From Mesotaenium endlicherianum (Eukaryota): a DNA stretch of 64,000 nucleotides. This document shows, in pieces, positions 37,180 to 49,398 of the stretch (position 1 is its first letter; each line of letters starts with the position of its first letter). Where the stretch lies: contig WELA01003378.1 in NCBI GenBank assembly GCA_009602735.1, positions 189,712-253,711 on the forward strand, read 5' to 3'. Both the position numbers and the translations under genes were made by a program. The notes beneath the pieces are model-generated. The model was not told where the DNA came from, searched no databases, and saw only the letters and a program-made list of their open reading frames with translations.

Positions 37180-38115
37180 ATAATCGTCTCCACCAACCAC
37201 GTCATGGAGTGATGCCCAATCATATTGCCGAATATCTTCCCAGCGTCGTCCTGTCCCACCATCACAACAATTTCTTGTGCAATGGAGTTGGGTACCCCCA
37301 GGCACCTTCCCTTCTCTTCAGTTGTCGGCTCTCTCCACTGAGCTTCTCTGTCGTGCGCATTCTTGACCGTGATCCTGGGTTGGCCGTGAAGGTGGGCAGC
37401 ACCACCCTTGGCCGGCTTGGCTCGTTGACGACGAACTGTGGGTAGGAATCCCTCCTGATCACTGGTTTGGTTTCCACCATCAGTGCTTCTCCCACTCATA
37501 CTGCCGTTGGTGAGCGCCGTGTAATCTCCTCCATCTCCCTCAAGACTTCAATGGACATGCCGTTGGTCCAGAATAGTCTGGCCCGGTGTAAGAGTCCTCC
37601 GTGCCTGGCGTCGTTGATCAATACATGATGACCAAGGGTGGAGTCGAAGACCAGCCATCGATCTCCTGGCTTCATCTAGTTGTAATTCATCCCTGGATGT
37701 ACATTCTCAATCACAAACACTGGTGGGTAGAGATGCTGGCGTTCCCGCAGCATACCGATGATTTTCACCATCCAACCCCAGTGTTGTGCTCGCGGGTCAT
37801 TGAACTCCCTCCTGTGCCCAGCTTGCGAGAAAGGTTGACAAGGGAACCCCGCGAAGATCCAGTCAACTTGTAACCATACAGGTCCTCAGACTTCACATCG
37901 AGAATGTTTCCTCCAGCAAGACGCACCAAACTAGAGTCAGTAGGCACCAACGCCTTGTAATGATGCATTTGCCGCATCTGACTTATGACCTCCCTAAATG
38001 CTGTGAAAGCACTCTCATCATTGTCCACATACAGCACTTTGAATACTTGGATACCTCGCTGAATCAGTGAGATGGTTCCAAAACCAAGTCCAACGAACAA
38101 CTCCAGCACTACTCC
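37180..38115 (-). pseudogene. DNA (cytosine-5) methyltransferase domain within C1 pol
   Basis: VVLELFVGLG (I), VLYVDND (II), GNILDV (III); after a frameshift near 37873, VDWIFAGFPCQPFSQAG..EFNDPR (IV/V), VFVIENV (VI), HRARLFWTN (VIII); after a second frameshift, REPTTEEKGRCLGVP (IX), KIFGNMI (X). Confidence 0.93.
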
Positions 38116-38479
38116 TCTCCTGCGAAAAGGATCTTCCATCCTCACAATGCCTTGCGGCAGCGGGTCTACTCCTGGCATCAAATTGGCAGCAGACTTAACT
38201 GGATAAGGAACTGGCAGCAGCTCTTGCGGGCCACGGTCTCTGTTACTCACAGCTTCCAGTTGCTCCATAATCCGAGGTTGCCCAACCAAGGAAGTTGGCA
38301 TGTTGATGCTGATGTAGCCCTCTTCTTCGCGTTGCATGATGAGGTCATAATTGCCTGGATACCGGTCATTCACACAACAGTCTACCAGTCCGTAGTTTGC
38401 CTCTCCCGAGCAAACCATTTTTACAGGAATTTCTCCTGTTGGTTGCCCATCTGTTGACTGGTAAGTCACCCTCTGCTTC

Positions 38480-38790
38480 CGCAGGTCAATGACCATACCC
38501 AGGGAAATCAGAGCTTCTGTCCCCAAGAGAACATCATAGTTCTCTGCCTCTGTCACCGTGCATTCTATGAGTAGTGACGCCTCCTCAGGTTTCCCCAAGT
38601 TTACTGTGATTTTCACAGGCTTGCGGGTCATTCCACAAGACTTTGGAATCTGCCCAGATGCAATCATCAACTGAAAAGGAGTTTCTTTCAGGTCCCTTGC
38701 CGTCAATCCCAGAGCTTTCACAGCTCGCTTTCCCAAGATTACTGGCTGTGCGCCAGTGTCCAATAGGATATTGGGAGCGGCCCAGTTGTT
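38480..38790 (-). pseudogene. Aspartic protease of C1
   Basis: NILLDTGAQPVILG ... YDVLLG, in the same ORF (37765-38997) as DNMT motifs I-III. Confidence 0.88.
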
Positions 38791-39748
38791 GAACGTCAAA
38801 ACTCTATCCTTGTTTTGCACTCTCACAGTGCTGAAATTAGTAGGCAGCGAAGCGCTGTTCGCGCCTTCCTCAGCTATGTTTAGCTGCTGTCCGACTTCTT
38901 CAACCGTGAAAGGATACGTAAGACGCAGATCAGCGAGTGAAAGACAAGGAATGTGCTGAATCCGGTGTTTCACCAGAGCCTTCAGCTTCTCCAGCAAAAA
39001 CTATATGTCTTGCGTGGCCCAGGCTTGGCTTGTCGTAGCTGCGCAATCTCGTTCTCATCGAGAATGATCCGAAAGGTTTGAGAAAGCTTCCCAGCATTCC
39101 TTAGAACCAGACGGTCATGATCTGCACGCTCTGCAGCCGTTGCAGCCACTGCCTTCTCTAGCGTCAGCTTCTCGCCATTGCAGACGGTCCTTTTGGCCAC
39201 ATCTGCATTGTAGTGATTTGAGTTATTATATATTAGTATGCATATATTTTAATGTTTTAAAATATATTTGGAGTGGTATTGTGTGGAGTCAAGTGTGAAT
39301 AGGTACTCTAGTAACTTGGTTCATGTCCTTTGAACCTTCCAAGGCATTTTCGAAGTTAGAGGAAAGACCTAGAAGAACTCCATGTGGCAAAAGTCAGATA
39401 TGCCATTTTTAGGTCAAAAGGACATGTGTACATTATTCTAGAAAGAGGTGGCAAGTTTTGGGATGTGTTGGGTGCCAACACATCAACATACACCTTCCTA
39501 GAAATTACTTATGTAGCAAGTATATAAACAAGAGCTAGAACATAGAAAGACATTCCAGAATCACTCTTGTACTTGCCAAAATCCAGAAATATATTAACTT
39601 TCAAGAAGCCATCTCTCTTTCAAGAAGCTACCACTTGTGTTCAAAGATCCTTGTCTTGAATAGATAAAGTATTCTGTTTTACTAAGTACTTTATCTATCT
39701 GTTTCACTACAGTGGTATCGGAGCTAGGCACTTTGGTAGCACAAGAAG

Positions 39749-41029
39749 ATGGCCGATCCTCAAGACCAACAGCAAGCTTTCGAAGGAAGCCCTTCCTCTC
39801 CAAGACACCCTCCTCCAGCGCCGATGGGAGAGCCCACTCAAGAAAATCTGCAACAACAAGAAGCACCACAAGGAGGAGCACACCCTCCTCCAGCGTCGAT
39901 GGGAGAGCCTACTCAAGGAAATCTGCAACAACAAGAAGCACCACAAGGAGGAGCACCGTCAAATCCCGTGGCAGCCGCTATAGCAAAGTTGACCCCACCA
40001 CAAGGAGTTCCCGCAAATGAGTGGGCAGCCTTCCTAATGACCGTCCACAACCAAGTGGGCTTGGCCACCTATGAAGCAACCGTGCAAGCGTCAAGAGAAG
40101 CTATGGCTGCCATGGTTGCCCCTATTGCGAGCAATGCTCAAAATCCAGCCCCGGCTCAAGCGCCTCCACAAGAGCCAACGAGAGCAAGGAAACTCATCAA
40201 GCCCGGCAAACCCGACACTTTCAACCCCGGGAAAGGTGCCAACCTGAATTTATGGCTCTACCAAGTGGAGACGTACCTCGCGTTCCTTGAAGTACCCGAG
40301 GAGGACTACGTTCCCTTTGCCGTTACCTTACTTAGAGGAGCAGCAACATCATGGTGGCGTAACTATCAAGCGGCTATATATCAAGCTATGGCGCACCCCA
40401 TGCTCGGCCAAGAGCCCCCACCATCATATGCAAGATGGGCAGATTTTCGTGAGGCCCTCAAGAAGCAATTCATGCCCATCAATGCGGAGAAGATTGCCCG
40501 AGGAAAGCTCCACCATCTCAAGCAAACGACGTCCGTTCAAGAGTATACATCCAGATTTCACGCCCTCACTCTTGAGATCCCCAACATGTCTCTCGAGGAG
40601 AAGATTGACCGTTACATCTTTGGCCTCAAACCCAAGGTGGCAAAGGAAGTGGAGTTACGCGACTTGACGGACTTCTCAAAGATCATTGAAGTGGCCCAAA
40701 AGGTGGATACCTTGGATTTCAAGCACTCCGTGCCTTCATCTTCACGGGTACCGACGACGCGGGTGTACGCAGCCCCTTCCACATCCGAATCTGGACCCAC
40801 ACCCATGGAAATCGGAGTTATTAAAAGGGACCCCGCGGCTGCCCGGAAGAGTGGAAGACCCTCCAATGACACTTATGATGCAAGAAACCAGCAAGGAGTG
40901 AAAGCAAGACTCTCCCCGGCTGAAAAAGAAGCTCTCATGACGGCTGGACTATGCTTCTATTGCAAGGAAAAGGGCCATCGTGCACTTTCATGCCCCAAAA
41001 AGTTGTCAAAAAACGGACAGCGCCGGTAG
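39749..41029 (+). CDS. gag: Family B gag (intact, 426 aa)
   Basis: [18 protein letters not shown], zinc knuckle [14 protein letters not shown]. Confidence 0.95.
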   Translation: MADPQDQQQAFEGSPSSPRHPPPAPMGEPTQENLQQQEAPQGGAHPPPASMGEPTQGNLQQQEAPQGGAPSNPVAAAIAKLTPPQGVPANEWAAFLMTVHNQVGLATYEATVQASREAMAAMVAPIASNAQNPAPAQAPPQEPTRARKLIKPGKPDTFNPGKGANLNLWLYQVETYLAFLEVPEEDYVPFAVTLLRGAATSWWRNYQAAIYQAMAHPMLGQEPPPSYARWADFREALKKQFMPINAEKIARGKLHHLKQTTSVQEYTSRFHALTLEIPNMSLEEKIDRYIFGLKPKVAKEVELRDLTDFSKIIEVAQKVDTLDFKHSVPSSSRVPTTRVYAAPSTSESGPTPMEIGVIKRDPAAARKSGRPSNDTYDARNQQGVKARLSPAEKEALMTAGLCFYCKEKGHRALSCPKKLSKNGQRR

Positions 41030-44000
41030 GCCAGGAGCCTACCACCCCAAGACCCACTTCACGAGAAGGCAACACGCCAAGTGAGGTGGAGACCCCCGTT
41101 GAAGACGACGTTCCAGCCCCAATGAGTTTGAGAGGTTACCTTGGAGGAGAGAAGGTCCACATCTTGGTGGATAGCGGAGCTCAAGGCAACTTCATTGCTG
41201 CAGATTTTGCCACCAAGCACGGTATTACTATGCGAACTCTTGACCACGACGAGGAGATTATGATGCCCGATGGATTCTCCTATACTACCCCTTCCAAGAA
41301 GACGTACCCCTTGGCACTCTCTATCAAGTCCTTCAAGGATAGAGTAGTGTTCTCCCCCATGCAATTGGGCAAGTACGACGTCATCCTAGGGACGCCTTGG
41401 TTGACCAAGCACAACCCCCAAGTTGATTGGAGGACCGGTACTATCAAGATCAAGAATGACATCACTTCAAGAATCTGTATTTTGCGCGCAATCCAGAATA
41501 TCCAGACCCAAGACATCCAGAAGCCGGCACACGAGATACTATTGTCCGCCCTCCAACTCAAGAGACTTGTGAGGAAGGGACACGAGCTTCTTTTGGCCTT
41601 GATCACGCCAAAAGACATCAAGAAAGACATCGAGAGTCAAGAAGGCAGCCCCGTTCCCAAGGAGATACAAGAAGTCTTTGAGGACTACAAAGAAGTGTTC
41701 TCCCCGGAATTGCCCAAGGGCCTACCCCCCAAAAGATTCGTAGACCACAAGATAGAGTTGGAGCCCGGAAGCAAGCCCATCTCTCGGCCTACGTTCAAAA
41801 TGTCATACACGGAGCTAGACGAAGTCAAGAAGCAAATCAAGGAGCTACTGGAGCATGGCTTCATTCGACCTAGCAAGTCGCCATTTGGAGCCCCGGTGCT
41901 ATTTGTCAAGAAGAAAGATGGTACCTTGAGGATGTGTGTGGACTATCGCGCCCTCAACAAGATCACCATCAAGAATCGATACCCGCTGCCGCGCATGGAT
42001 GAGCTCATGGACCGGCTGGTTGGAGCCAAGTACTTCACGAAGATTGACTTACGGAGCGGCTACCACCAGATTCGCATCGCAGAACCGGACATAGAGAAGA
42101 CGGCATTCAGGACAAGATATGGACATTTTGAGTTCATGGTCCTGCCATTTGGACTCACCAACGCGCCAGCAACTTTCATGACTATGATGAACACCATATT
42201 TCAGCCCATGTTGGACAGATTTGTGGTGGTATTCATCGATGACATCCTTATCTACAGCAAGACCCTTGAAGAGCATGCGAGACACTTGAAAGAAGTCCTT
42301 GAAGTATTGAAGCAAAACAAGCTGTTTGCGAAGGAGTCAAAATGCGAGTTTGCCAAACAAGAAGTGGAGTTCCTAGGTCTCCACGTGACTGCTGATGGCA
42401 TCAAGATAGACCCCAAGAAGACCACGGTGGTGGAGGAATGGCCAACCCCCACGACCAAGAAAGAACTCCAGTCATTCTTGGGATTTGCCAATTGGTACAG
42501 AAAATTCATCCAAGGCTTCTCGCACATAGCAGCCCCCCTGACAGATCTACTCAAGAAGGACAGGCTATATACATGGACCGAGAAAGAGGAAGAGGCATTT
42601 CAAGAGTTAAAGCGAAGATTGACCACATCCCCGGTGCTCACACTCCCAAGTCCAAACCCAGATTGGCCCTTCCACGTCATCACCGATGCATCTTCCTATG
42701 CAATAGGAGCAATCCTGCTTCAAGACCAAGGCAAGGGACTGCAGCCCATCGCCTACGAGTCAAGGAAGCTAAATCCAGCCGAGCAAAATTATACAACCAC
42801 GGAGCGAGAGGCATTGGCGATTGTACATGCCTTGAAGGTTTGGCGCTGCTACGTTGAAGGACGCAAAGTACTGGTCACCACGGACCACGAGGCGTTAAAG
42901 CACCTCCAGACGCAGCCGTATCTCTCAAGGAGACAAGCAAGATGGAGCGGATACTTGCAACAATACAACATCACGATTCAGTACCAGCCCGGCAAGACAA
43001 ACCCGGCTGACCCCCTCTCAAGACTGCAATTAAATGCAGTGATGGTATCCCTAAAGACAGATCTGGAAGCTCGATTTTCAGCCGCCTATGAAAGAGACCC
43101 TTACTACAAGAACGAAGAAGCTGCCTTGGACCCACGTAAGAAGCAAGAAGGCAATTATTGGGTGAGGCAAGATACGGGCCAGAGATGTGTTCCTAATGAC
43201 ATCAACCTCCGGCTCTTGCTTCTACGAGAAGCACACGACAACCCTCTTGGAGGACACTTGGGAATCCTAAGGACCACGGGCGTTCTAGCTAGGACTTATT
43301 GTTGGCCAGGCATGTCTAAGCAAGTCAAGGAGTACTGCAGGAGCTGTGACACATGCCAAAGAATCAAGCCATCATCGCAAAAGGCGGGAGGACTCCTCCA
43401 ACCACTACCAATCCCCGAAAGACAATGGACGGACATCTCAATGGACCTTATCGTGGACTTGCCCGTGACACCTCGAGGCCATAATGCAATACTCACGGTG
43501 GTGGACAGACTTACCAAGATGGCTCATTTTATTCCCACGACGACTAAGGCTACAGCACCACAACTTGCAAGACTCATCTTTGACAACATCTTCCGACTCC
43601 ATGGACTACCATCAAGAATTGTGTCAGGTAGAGATCCAAGATTCACAAGCCATTTCTGGAAAAATCTCTTCAAGAACTTGGGTACATCGCTGGATATGTC
43701 TACTGCCTACCACCCACAATCAGATGGGCAAACCGAGCGTATGAATCGTACCCTAAAGACCTCTCTAAAGGCCTACGTGTCTACCCTCGAGCAAGACTGG
43801 GACATGTACTTGACCCCCCTCGAGTTTGCCTACAACAACACTACGCAGGCCTCTACCCAAGAGTCCCCATTCTTCCTCAACTATGGCTTCCATCCGACCA
43901 CGCCACTGAGCTTCACGGCTGGCCATGATGAAGTACCTGCAGCCACAGATTTTATGGAGACATTAGAAGCAGCCCTTACAGCAGCGAAGAAAGCTCTACA

Positions 44001-44616
44001 ACACGCGCAAGATGCTCAAGCAAGAGTGGCGAACAGATCCAGAAGAGAAATTACGTACAGAGTGGGTGACAACGTGTTACTATCATCCAAGAACATTTCC
44101 CTGAACAACAGGCCTGCCGGCAGCAAGTTCTCTCCCAAGTATTTGGGACCCTTCAAGATTATCCAGCAAGTCAACCCCGTTGCTTTCAAGCTAGAACTTC
44201 CCCAGACTATGCACATCGACCCCGTATTCCACGCTTCCCTCTTCAAGCCATATGTGCAACCCGACAACAAGTTCCCAGGACGTGTGACAACCCCACCAGC
44301 CCCAACAATAGTGGATGATCATTTGGAGTACGAAGTGGAAGACATAGTGGCTATGAGAAATTTCAGGAGACAGCAGCAATACTTGATCAAGTGGAAAGGA
44401 TATCCAGATTCGGAGAATAGTTGGGTGGCGGCGCACTACCTTGACAAAGTTCAACGAAAGTTGAAGCGCTTCCATACCGCCAACCCCCATCTTGGACCAG
44501 CCCCAAGTCTCTCTACTAGAAGCCCGAAGACTTCAGGGAGGCAGCCTGCCACCATCAAGAAGCAGCAGAAGACCCCTTGGAGGCAGCCTGCAAGAACAAG
44601 AAAGAGGAAAAATTGA
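41008..44616 (+). CDS. pol: Family B pol (PR-RT-RH-INT-chromodomain), uninterrupted, in the -1 frame relative to gag
   Basis: [46 protein letters not shown]. The usual integrase SDRD reads SGRD. Confidence 0.95.
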   Translation, partial: KKRTAPVGQEPTTPRPTSREGNTPSEVETPVEDDVPAPMSLRGYLGGEKVHILVDSGAQGNFIAADFATKHGITMRTLDHDEEIMMPDGFSYTTPSKKTYPLALSIKSFKDRVVFSPMQLGKYDVILGTPWLTKHNPQVDWRTGTIKIKNDITSRICILRAIQNIQTQDIQKPAHEILLSALQLKRLVRKGHELLLALITPKDIKKDIESQEGSPVPKEIQEVFEDYKEVFSPELPKGLPPKRFVDHKIELEPGSKPISRPTFKMSYTELDEVKKQIKELLEHGFIRPSKSPFGAPVLFVKKKDGTLRMCVDYRALNKITIKNRYPLPRMDELMDRLVGAKYFTKIDLRSGYHQIRIAEPDIEKTAFRTRYGHFEFMVLPFGLTNAPATFMTMMNTIFQPMLDRFVVVFIDDILIYSKTLEEHARHLKEVLEVLKQNKLFAKESKCEFAKQEVEFLGLHVTADGIKIDPKKTTVVEEWPTPTTKKELQSFLGFANWYRKFIQGFSHIAAPLTDLLKKDRLYTWTEKEEEAFQELKRRLTTSPVLTLPSPNPDWPFHVITDASSYAIGAILLQDQGKGLQPIAYESRKLNPAEQNYTTTEREALAIVHALKVWRCYVEGRKVLVTTDHEALKHLQTQPYLSRRQARWSGYLQQYNITIQYQPGKTNPADPLSRLQLNAVMVSLKTDLEARFSAAYERDPYYKNEEAALDPRKKQEGNYWVRQDTGQRCVPNDINLRLLLLREAHDNPLGGHLGILRTTGVLARTYCWPGMSKQVKEYCRSCDTCQRIKPSSQKAGGLLQPLPIPERQWTDISMDLIVDLPVTPRGHNAILTVVDRLTKMAHFIPTTTKATAPQLARLIFDNIFRLHGLPSRIVSGRDPRFTSHFWKNLFKNLGTSLDMSTAYHPQSDGQTERMNRTLKTSLKAYVSTLEQDWDMYLTPLEFAYNNTTQASTQESPFFLNYGFHPTTPLSFTAGHDEVPAATDFMETLEAALTAAKKALQHAQDAQARVANRSRREITYRVGDNVLLSSKNISLNNRPAGSKFSPKYLGPFKIIQQVNPVAFKLELPQTMHIDPVFHASLFKPYVQPDNKFPGRVTTPPAPTIVDDHLEYEVEDIVAMRNFRRQQQYLIKWKGYPDSENSWVAAHYLDKVQRKLKRFHTANPHLGPAPSLSTRSPKTSGRQPATIKKQQKTPWRQPARTRKRKN

Positions 44617-45889
44617 CATTAGACACTCTTCTCTTCTCGCAGTTTCTGGACAGAAAAATAAAATTGCTACTGGCAATACGTCTCTTCATAATAAATTCTG
44701 AAACTTTACCTGGCTGTAGTCCATGAGTAGCCGGTCATTTAGAGTCCAAGTTTGCTCAATTTGGAGCACTGGTGAGAGAGATATGATGCTCTAAGTAGAA
44801 GGGGGTCAGGCTGCTGGCATTGTTAGGACAGAATATGCCTTCTGACATTGTGCCTTCCCCTGAACTTGGAATGCTCTAAAACTCAAAAGTTTTGTAGAAC
44901 ATCTTACAGCGCCCAGTTTGAGACTTAGTTTGCAGAATTTGGAGAAGCATAGAAGGACTTATGATTTTCAGAAGTTTCTGCACAGATTTGGAGGAGTGCC
45001 TACTCTCTCAGCTCTCAACGACACTCCAGAAATGACAATGCTCTCAAATTTGGTGACCCCGTAGAGTTCTCCGACGCGGTCCGTCTGGCACTCAAATTTT
45101 AAGATTTGGAGCAGTTCTGTGGCCGCTATGAATGTTTGAGTTTGTGGCAGATTCTGGGCCAACTTATACAATTTTCTTTATCATTAAGGAGTAGGCTAGC
45201 CAATAAGGTCACACCACCTACGACCTTGCCTAGTCTACCTTACATGTGTAGCACCTGACTTGGCGCCTGTGACTAGTCCTCTTCACATGTGTGGCATCTG
45301 ACTTGAAACTGTTGACTAGTTTGCTCCACATGTGTAAGACCTGACTTGACGCGCCGAGACGTCGCTTTTTCTATCGGGGGGGTGATGTAGTGATTTGAGT
45401 TATTATATATTAGTATGCATATATTTTAACGTTTCCAAATATATTTGGAGTGGTATCGTGTGGAGTCAAGTGTGAATAGGTACTCTAGTAACTTGGTTCA
45501 TGTCCTTTGAACCTTCCAAGGCATTTTCGAAGTTAGAGGAAAGACCTAGAAGAACTCCATGTGGCAAAAGTCAGATGTGCCATTTTTAGGTCAACAGGAC
45601 ATGTGTACATTATTCTAGAAAGAGGTGGCAAGTTTTGGGATGTGTTGGGTGCCAACACATCAACATACACCTTCCTAGAAATTACTTATGTAGCAAGTAT
45701 ATAAACAAGAGCTAGAACATAGAAAGACATGTGGAGAATCACTCTTGTACTTGCCAAAATCCAGAAATATATTAACTTTCAAGAAGCCATCTCTCTTTCA
45801 AGAAGCTACCACTTGTGTTCAAAGATCCTTGTCTCGAATAGATAAAGTATTATGTTTTACTAAGTACTTTATCTATCTGTTTCACTACA

Positions 45890-46330
45890 TGCATCCTTGT
45901 CCAAGTACAGAACCAAGCTTGTAAAAGCGACTAACTGAGTGTAAGAAGAATCCTTTTGGATTCTCTCAAAGAAATTAGCCCAATAGATCTCATCAAACTC
46001 TTCGAAAGTGAGACTATTTCCACCGGTTCGTCCACTAAAACACTTTGTAGACAGCTTGAACTTAGGATTTTCAACCTTATCATCACCAGTCATTTGGAAT
46101 GGCGACTAAGACTCACTATCTTTACCCCACACGTCATGCTCTCTGCCCAAATTAGGTACAAAGGCTTGCGTGTTATACGGATTCTCACCGTTCGTGGCGG
46201 TTTGGCGAGACTCGTCTCCCAACGGTTGCTCACTCCACAGGTTATCCGTGCGCTCAGATGTCTCACTTCCTCGTGGACTCTGGCTTGAATCAAAACCTTC
46301 TGCAGGCTCCACAGGTAGTAGAGTCTTCCA
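45890..46330 (-). pseudogene. Probable C1 gag N-terminal part (continues at 39208-~39000 after the B insertion)
   Basis: Coding-like frame (KCFSGRTGGNSLTFEEFD...YLDKDA|DVAKR) placed between the leader and the protease; no zinc knuckle seen. Confidence 0.5.
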
Positions 46331-47437
46331 CTCCTCAACCGCATGTACAGTTGAATTTCTTCGGGTCCCCTTCCAGGTTGAGCACCGGCAGTCCTCACAG
46401 GCCTCAATCCCCAATTTGCTTGGGAATTTCTATTCACCTGAACCATAGAACCGAAGTTCTCAGAAGTAGGACGGAAGTCTCTTACTTCCACATAGGCTTT
46501 ATGCATTAAGGTTCTTGGGTTTACAGGCGAGCAAATTGTAGTTTGCAGAAATCACACTCTAAGCAGCTTGACATACAACGTCAGATTCAGAGAAAATCGC
46601 CCTTCAGGCTTTCGCTTAACTTTCACGAAGTCACAGCTTACAAAACTCTGAAACTATACGTCTATGCTGGCCTGGATCAAGCTCTTCACTTAACACCGCG
46701 CCTTAACAGTTCTTCACTGCCAGGCTAGGCTCACTCAGTTCTTCACTGAGAGCTTTATCTGCCAATACTACCCTCTCTCTTTGCGATGCAAATGCGAAAT
46801 CTGAGAACCTGGAAACTAACACACAACTCACCATTTTAAGGTTGCTTCACCCACACTTTTGGCGTTCAGCGAAATCTGTGCTAATCTCCTAGCAGACTTT
46901 ATACTGCAGTTCTCCTACTTTCAACAGTGAGATTCCTTCTTGGGAACTCCTACAATCCTAACTTATCTATGATACAGTGAGCAGAATCTTCAGCGTCGGC
47001 AGAAGCGTGGGGCCTCGGCTCTCCAATAGCCTTCGGAACTCCTTCTTCTTCTTCACGCCCTTCTTCTCCTTCCTTCTGCTCCTTCTGCTCCTTCTGCTTC
47101 TTGGCAAAAGTGCGTGAGAGTGAATGACATGTCTCAGGCAAGATTCGGGCCTTTTGCAGGCACCACACAGCGTCATCATTCGAGAATGCCGTGCTTAGTG
47201 TAAAGAATCAGTATATTGGTTGACATAATATTCATTTAAATAATATAGTTAAATAAGTTCAGTCTGCTGAACTCTAGTTAATAATCAGTCTGCTGGACTT
47301 TATACTTAATAGCAGTTTAATGACTCGGACGGATGTAGCAGGCTGGTGTCACCTTAAGTCAGCTTGCTGACACATTCTTTGTCAGCCAGCTGACTTCCGT
47401 ACTCGATAGCAGCAAACTGCCTCGGTATGCATCTAAG

Positions 47438-49113
47438 CTATCGAGGAGGGAGAACCGCTGGAGCCAGATGCTGGAGCAGTTCCAAGTCCAGATCGACTAC
47501 AAACCAGGGAAGTTGAATCCTACTGATGCACTCTCTAGAAGACCTGACTTGCACGAAGCGAACTTCAGTCAGCATGCTGTAGATAAAGTCCTGTGTGCAC
47601 TCACTTCACTAAAGGTGAAAAAGTCCTTCCTAGAACAACTTAGGAAAGCCTACCTTTCTGACCCAATATTTGAGCCCAGCCCCACTACTGGTGTGTGTCG
47701 TGCTACTGCACTCGGGTATAAGCTTAAGGGAGGGGTCTGGGTGACTTAAACCACTTCAGCCAGGCTGAAGCTGGTCATTCCTAATAACTTGGAAATACGG
47801 TCTCTCTTACTGAGTCAAGCGCATGACAGTCTCTTGGGTGGACATTTGGGGCACGCCAAAACTGTTGGCAAACTGGCAAAACATTATCATTGGGAGGGGT
47901 TACCCCGGGAAGTCTTGAAATATGTCAATTCTTGTGACCAGTGTCAGAGAAATAAGTCTCGGCACACACCACCCGGAGGTCTCTTGCAACCACTGCCCAT
48001 CCCAGCTGGACGCTGGGAAACTATATCCATGGACTGGGTGGTCTCATTACCAAGAATTGCCATGGGCATGATTCAATACTGGTAGTCGTGGGTAAACTGA
48101 CAAAAATGGTCATTTTTATCCCCACAACTGTCAAAGTGACTGCACTCAAAACAGCGAGGCAGTTCTACAACCATCTGGTATGCCAACATGGCCTCCCTTC
48201 TAATATCATCTCAGACAGAGACTCAAAATTCACCTCTAAGTTCTGGAGAGCTTTAATGGGGTTAATGGGAGTCAAACAGCTGCTCAGCACAGCAAACCAC
48301 CCTCAGACTGATGGGCAGACTGGAAGAACTAACCGAGTTCTGCAGGAGGTGCTGAGAGCATATATTAACCAAAAACAAGATAATTGGGATGACCTGTTAC
48401 CTCAAATTCAGTTTGCGGTCAACAGTGCGGTGCACACGTCAACGGGCAAGACTCCTTTTGACCTCAGCCTGGGTAGAGTCCCTAAGTCTCCTTTAAATAA
48501 ACTGGGGGAGTCTTTAACTTGCCCCGAAGGGATGGACAACCCGGTCTCCCTCCAGTTAACTCAGGAGTTTGTCAAAAGTCCAACAAAACATGCACAAAGC
48601 CCAAGAAAACCAACAAAAATACGCTAATCAACACCATCGGGAGCTGACATTTTCCAAGGGCGATTTAGTCAAACTGCATTCTCAGCACGTGTACCTCCCT
48701 GGTGTGGTCAATAAAAAGCTTGGCCATGTCTAGGTCGGTCCATGTTTGGTGGTACGTCGTATCGGTCAGAATGCTTACAAACTGAACATGTCAGCTGAAT
48801 ACAAGGGTCACCTGGTCTTTAATGTCTCCTTCCTGGAACCATACATCAAAGGTGATACACTGTTTAAAGGTCGGTTACCTGTCCAACCGGGATCGATCCC
48901 TGCTGTCCGGGACGTCGATCCTGAGGAATATGAGGTCGATGAGATTTTAGACGCTCGCTCGGACCGTCGATCGAATAAATATGTCATGAAATACCTCATC
49001 CGATGGAAGGGTTACGATGCTTTGGGGACACTCGAGAATTTAAAAATCAGCTAACCAATGCCAAAGGGGCGTTGAAACGGTTCCACCTTCGGGCGGCTGG
49101 GACACCTCCCTAA
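47438..49113 (+). pseudogene. pol: A2 RNase H end, integrase and chromodomain
   Basis: HDSLLGGH..CDQC; ISDRDSKF; HPQTDGQT; YEVDEIL..YLIRWKGY; stops and frameshifts. Confidence 0.9.
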
Positions 49114-49398
49114 CTGTCCCTTCAGTAGACATGGGAAGGTGACAAGAGGTCCTGTCTCCAAATAAGTTGGAGGGGGATGTGATTGTTAGTGACAGTTGTG
49201 ACAGGCAGCCCACCTTTAAAATTAAGTTGGAGGGAGTAGTATTCTCTGACCACCATATTACACACTCAACCTTCGCTCACACTCACTTGCTCTCTAACTC
49301 AATTTTCCCTTATATTCACTCAAACCAGGTATTCCACACTAGGAACTCTCCCGATCGCGTTCCTCTTCATCAAGGGCACTCGATAGCAGCAAGATATT

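Larger units (their letters stand above)
39209..45889 (+). mobile_element. Family B full-length chromodomain-bearing Gypsy, nested in C1 gag
   Basis: LTRs 39209-39711 and 45386-45889; TSD TGCAT (39204-39208 and 45890-45894); PBS 39713-39724; G-run PPT before 45386. Confidence 0.97.

Noticed and set aside
37180..38115. Bacterial restriction-modification gene or contamination
   Set aside because: It is fused to a retrotransposon protease, followed by Gypsy RT, and has no endonuclease partner.
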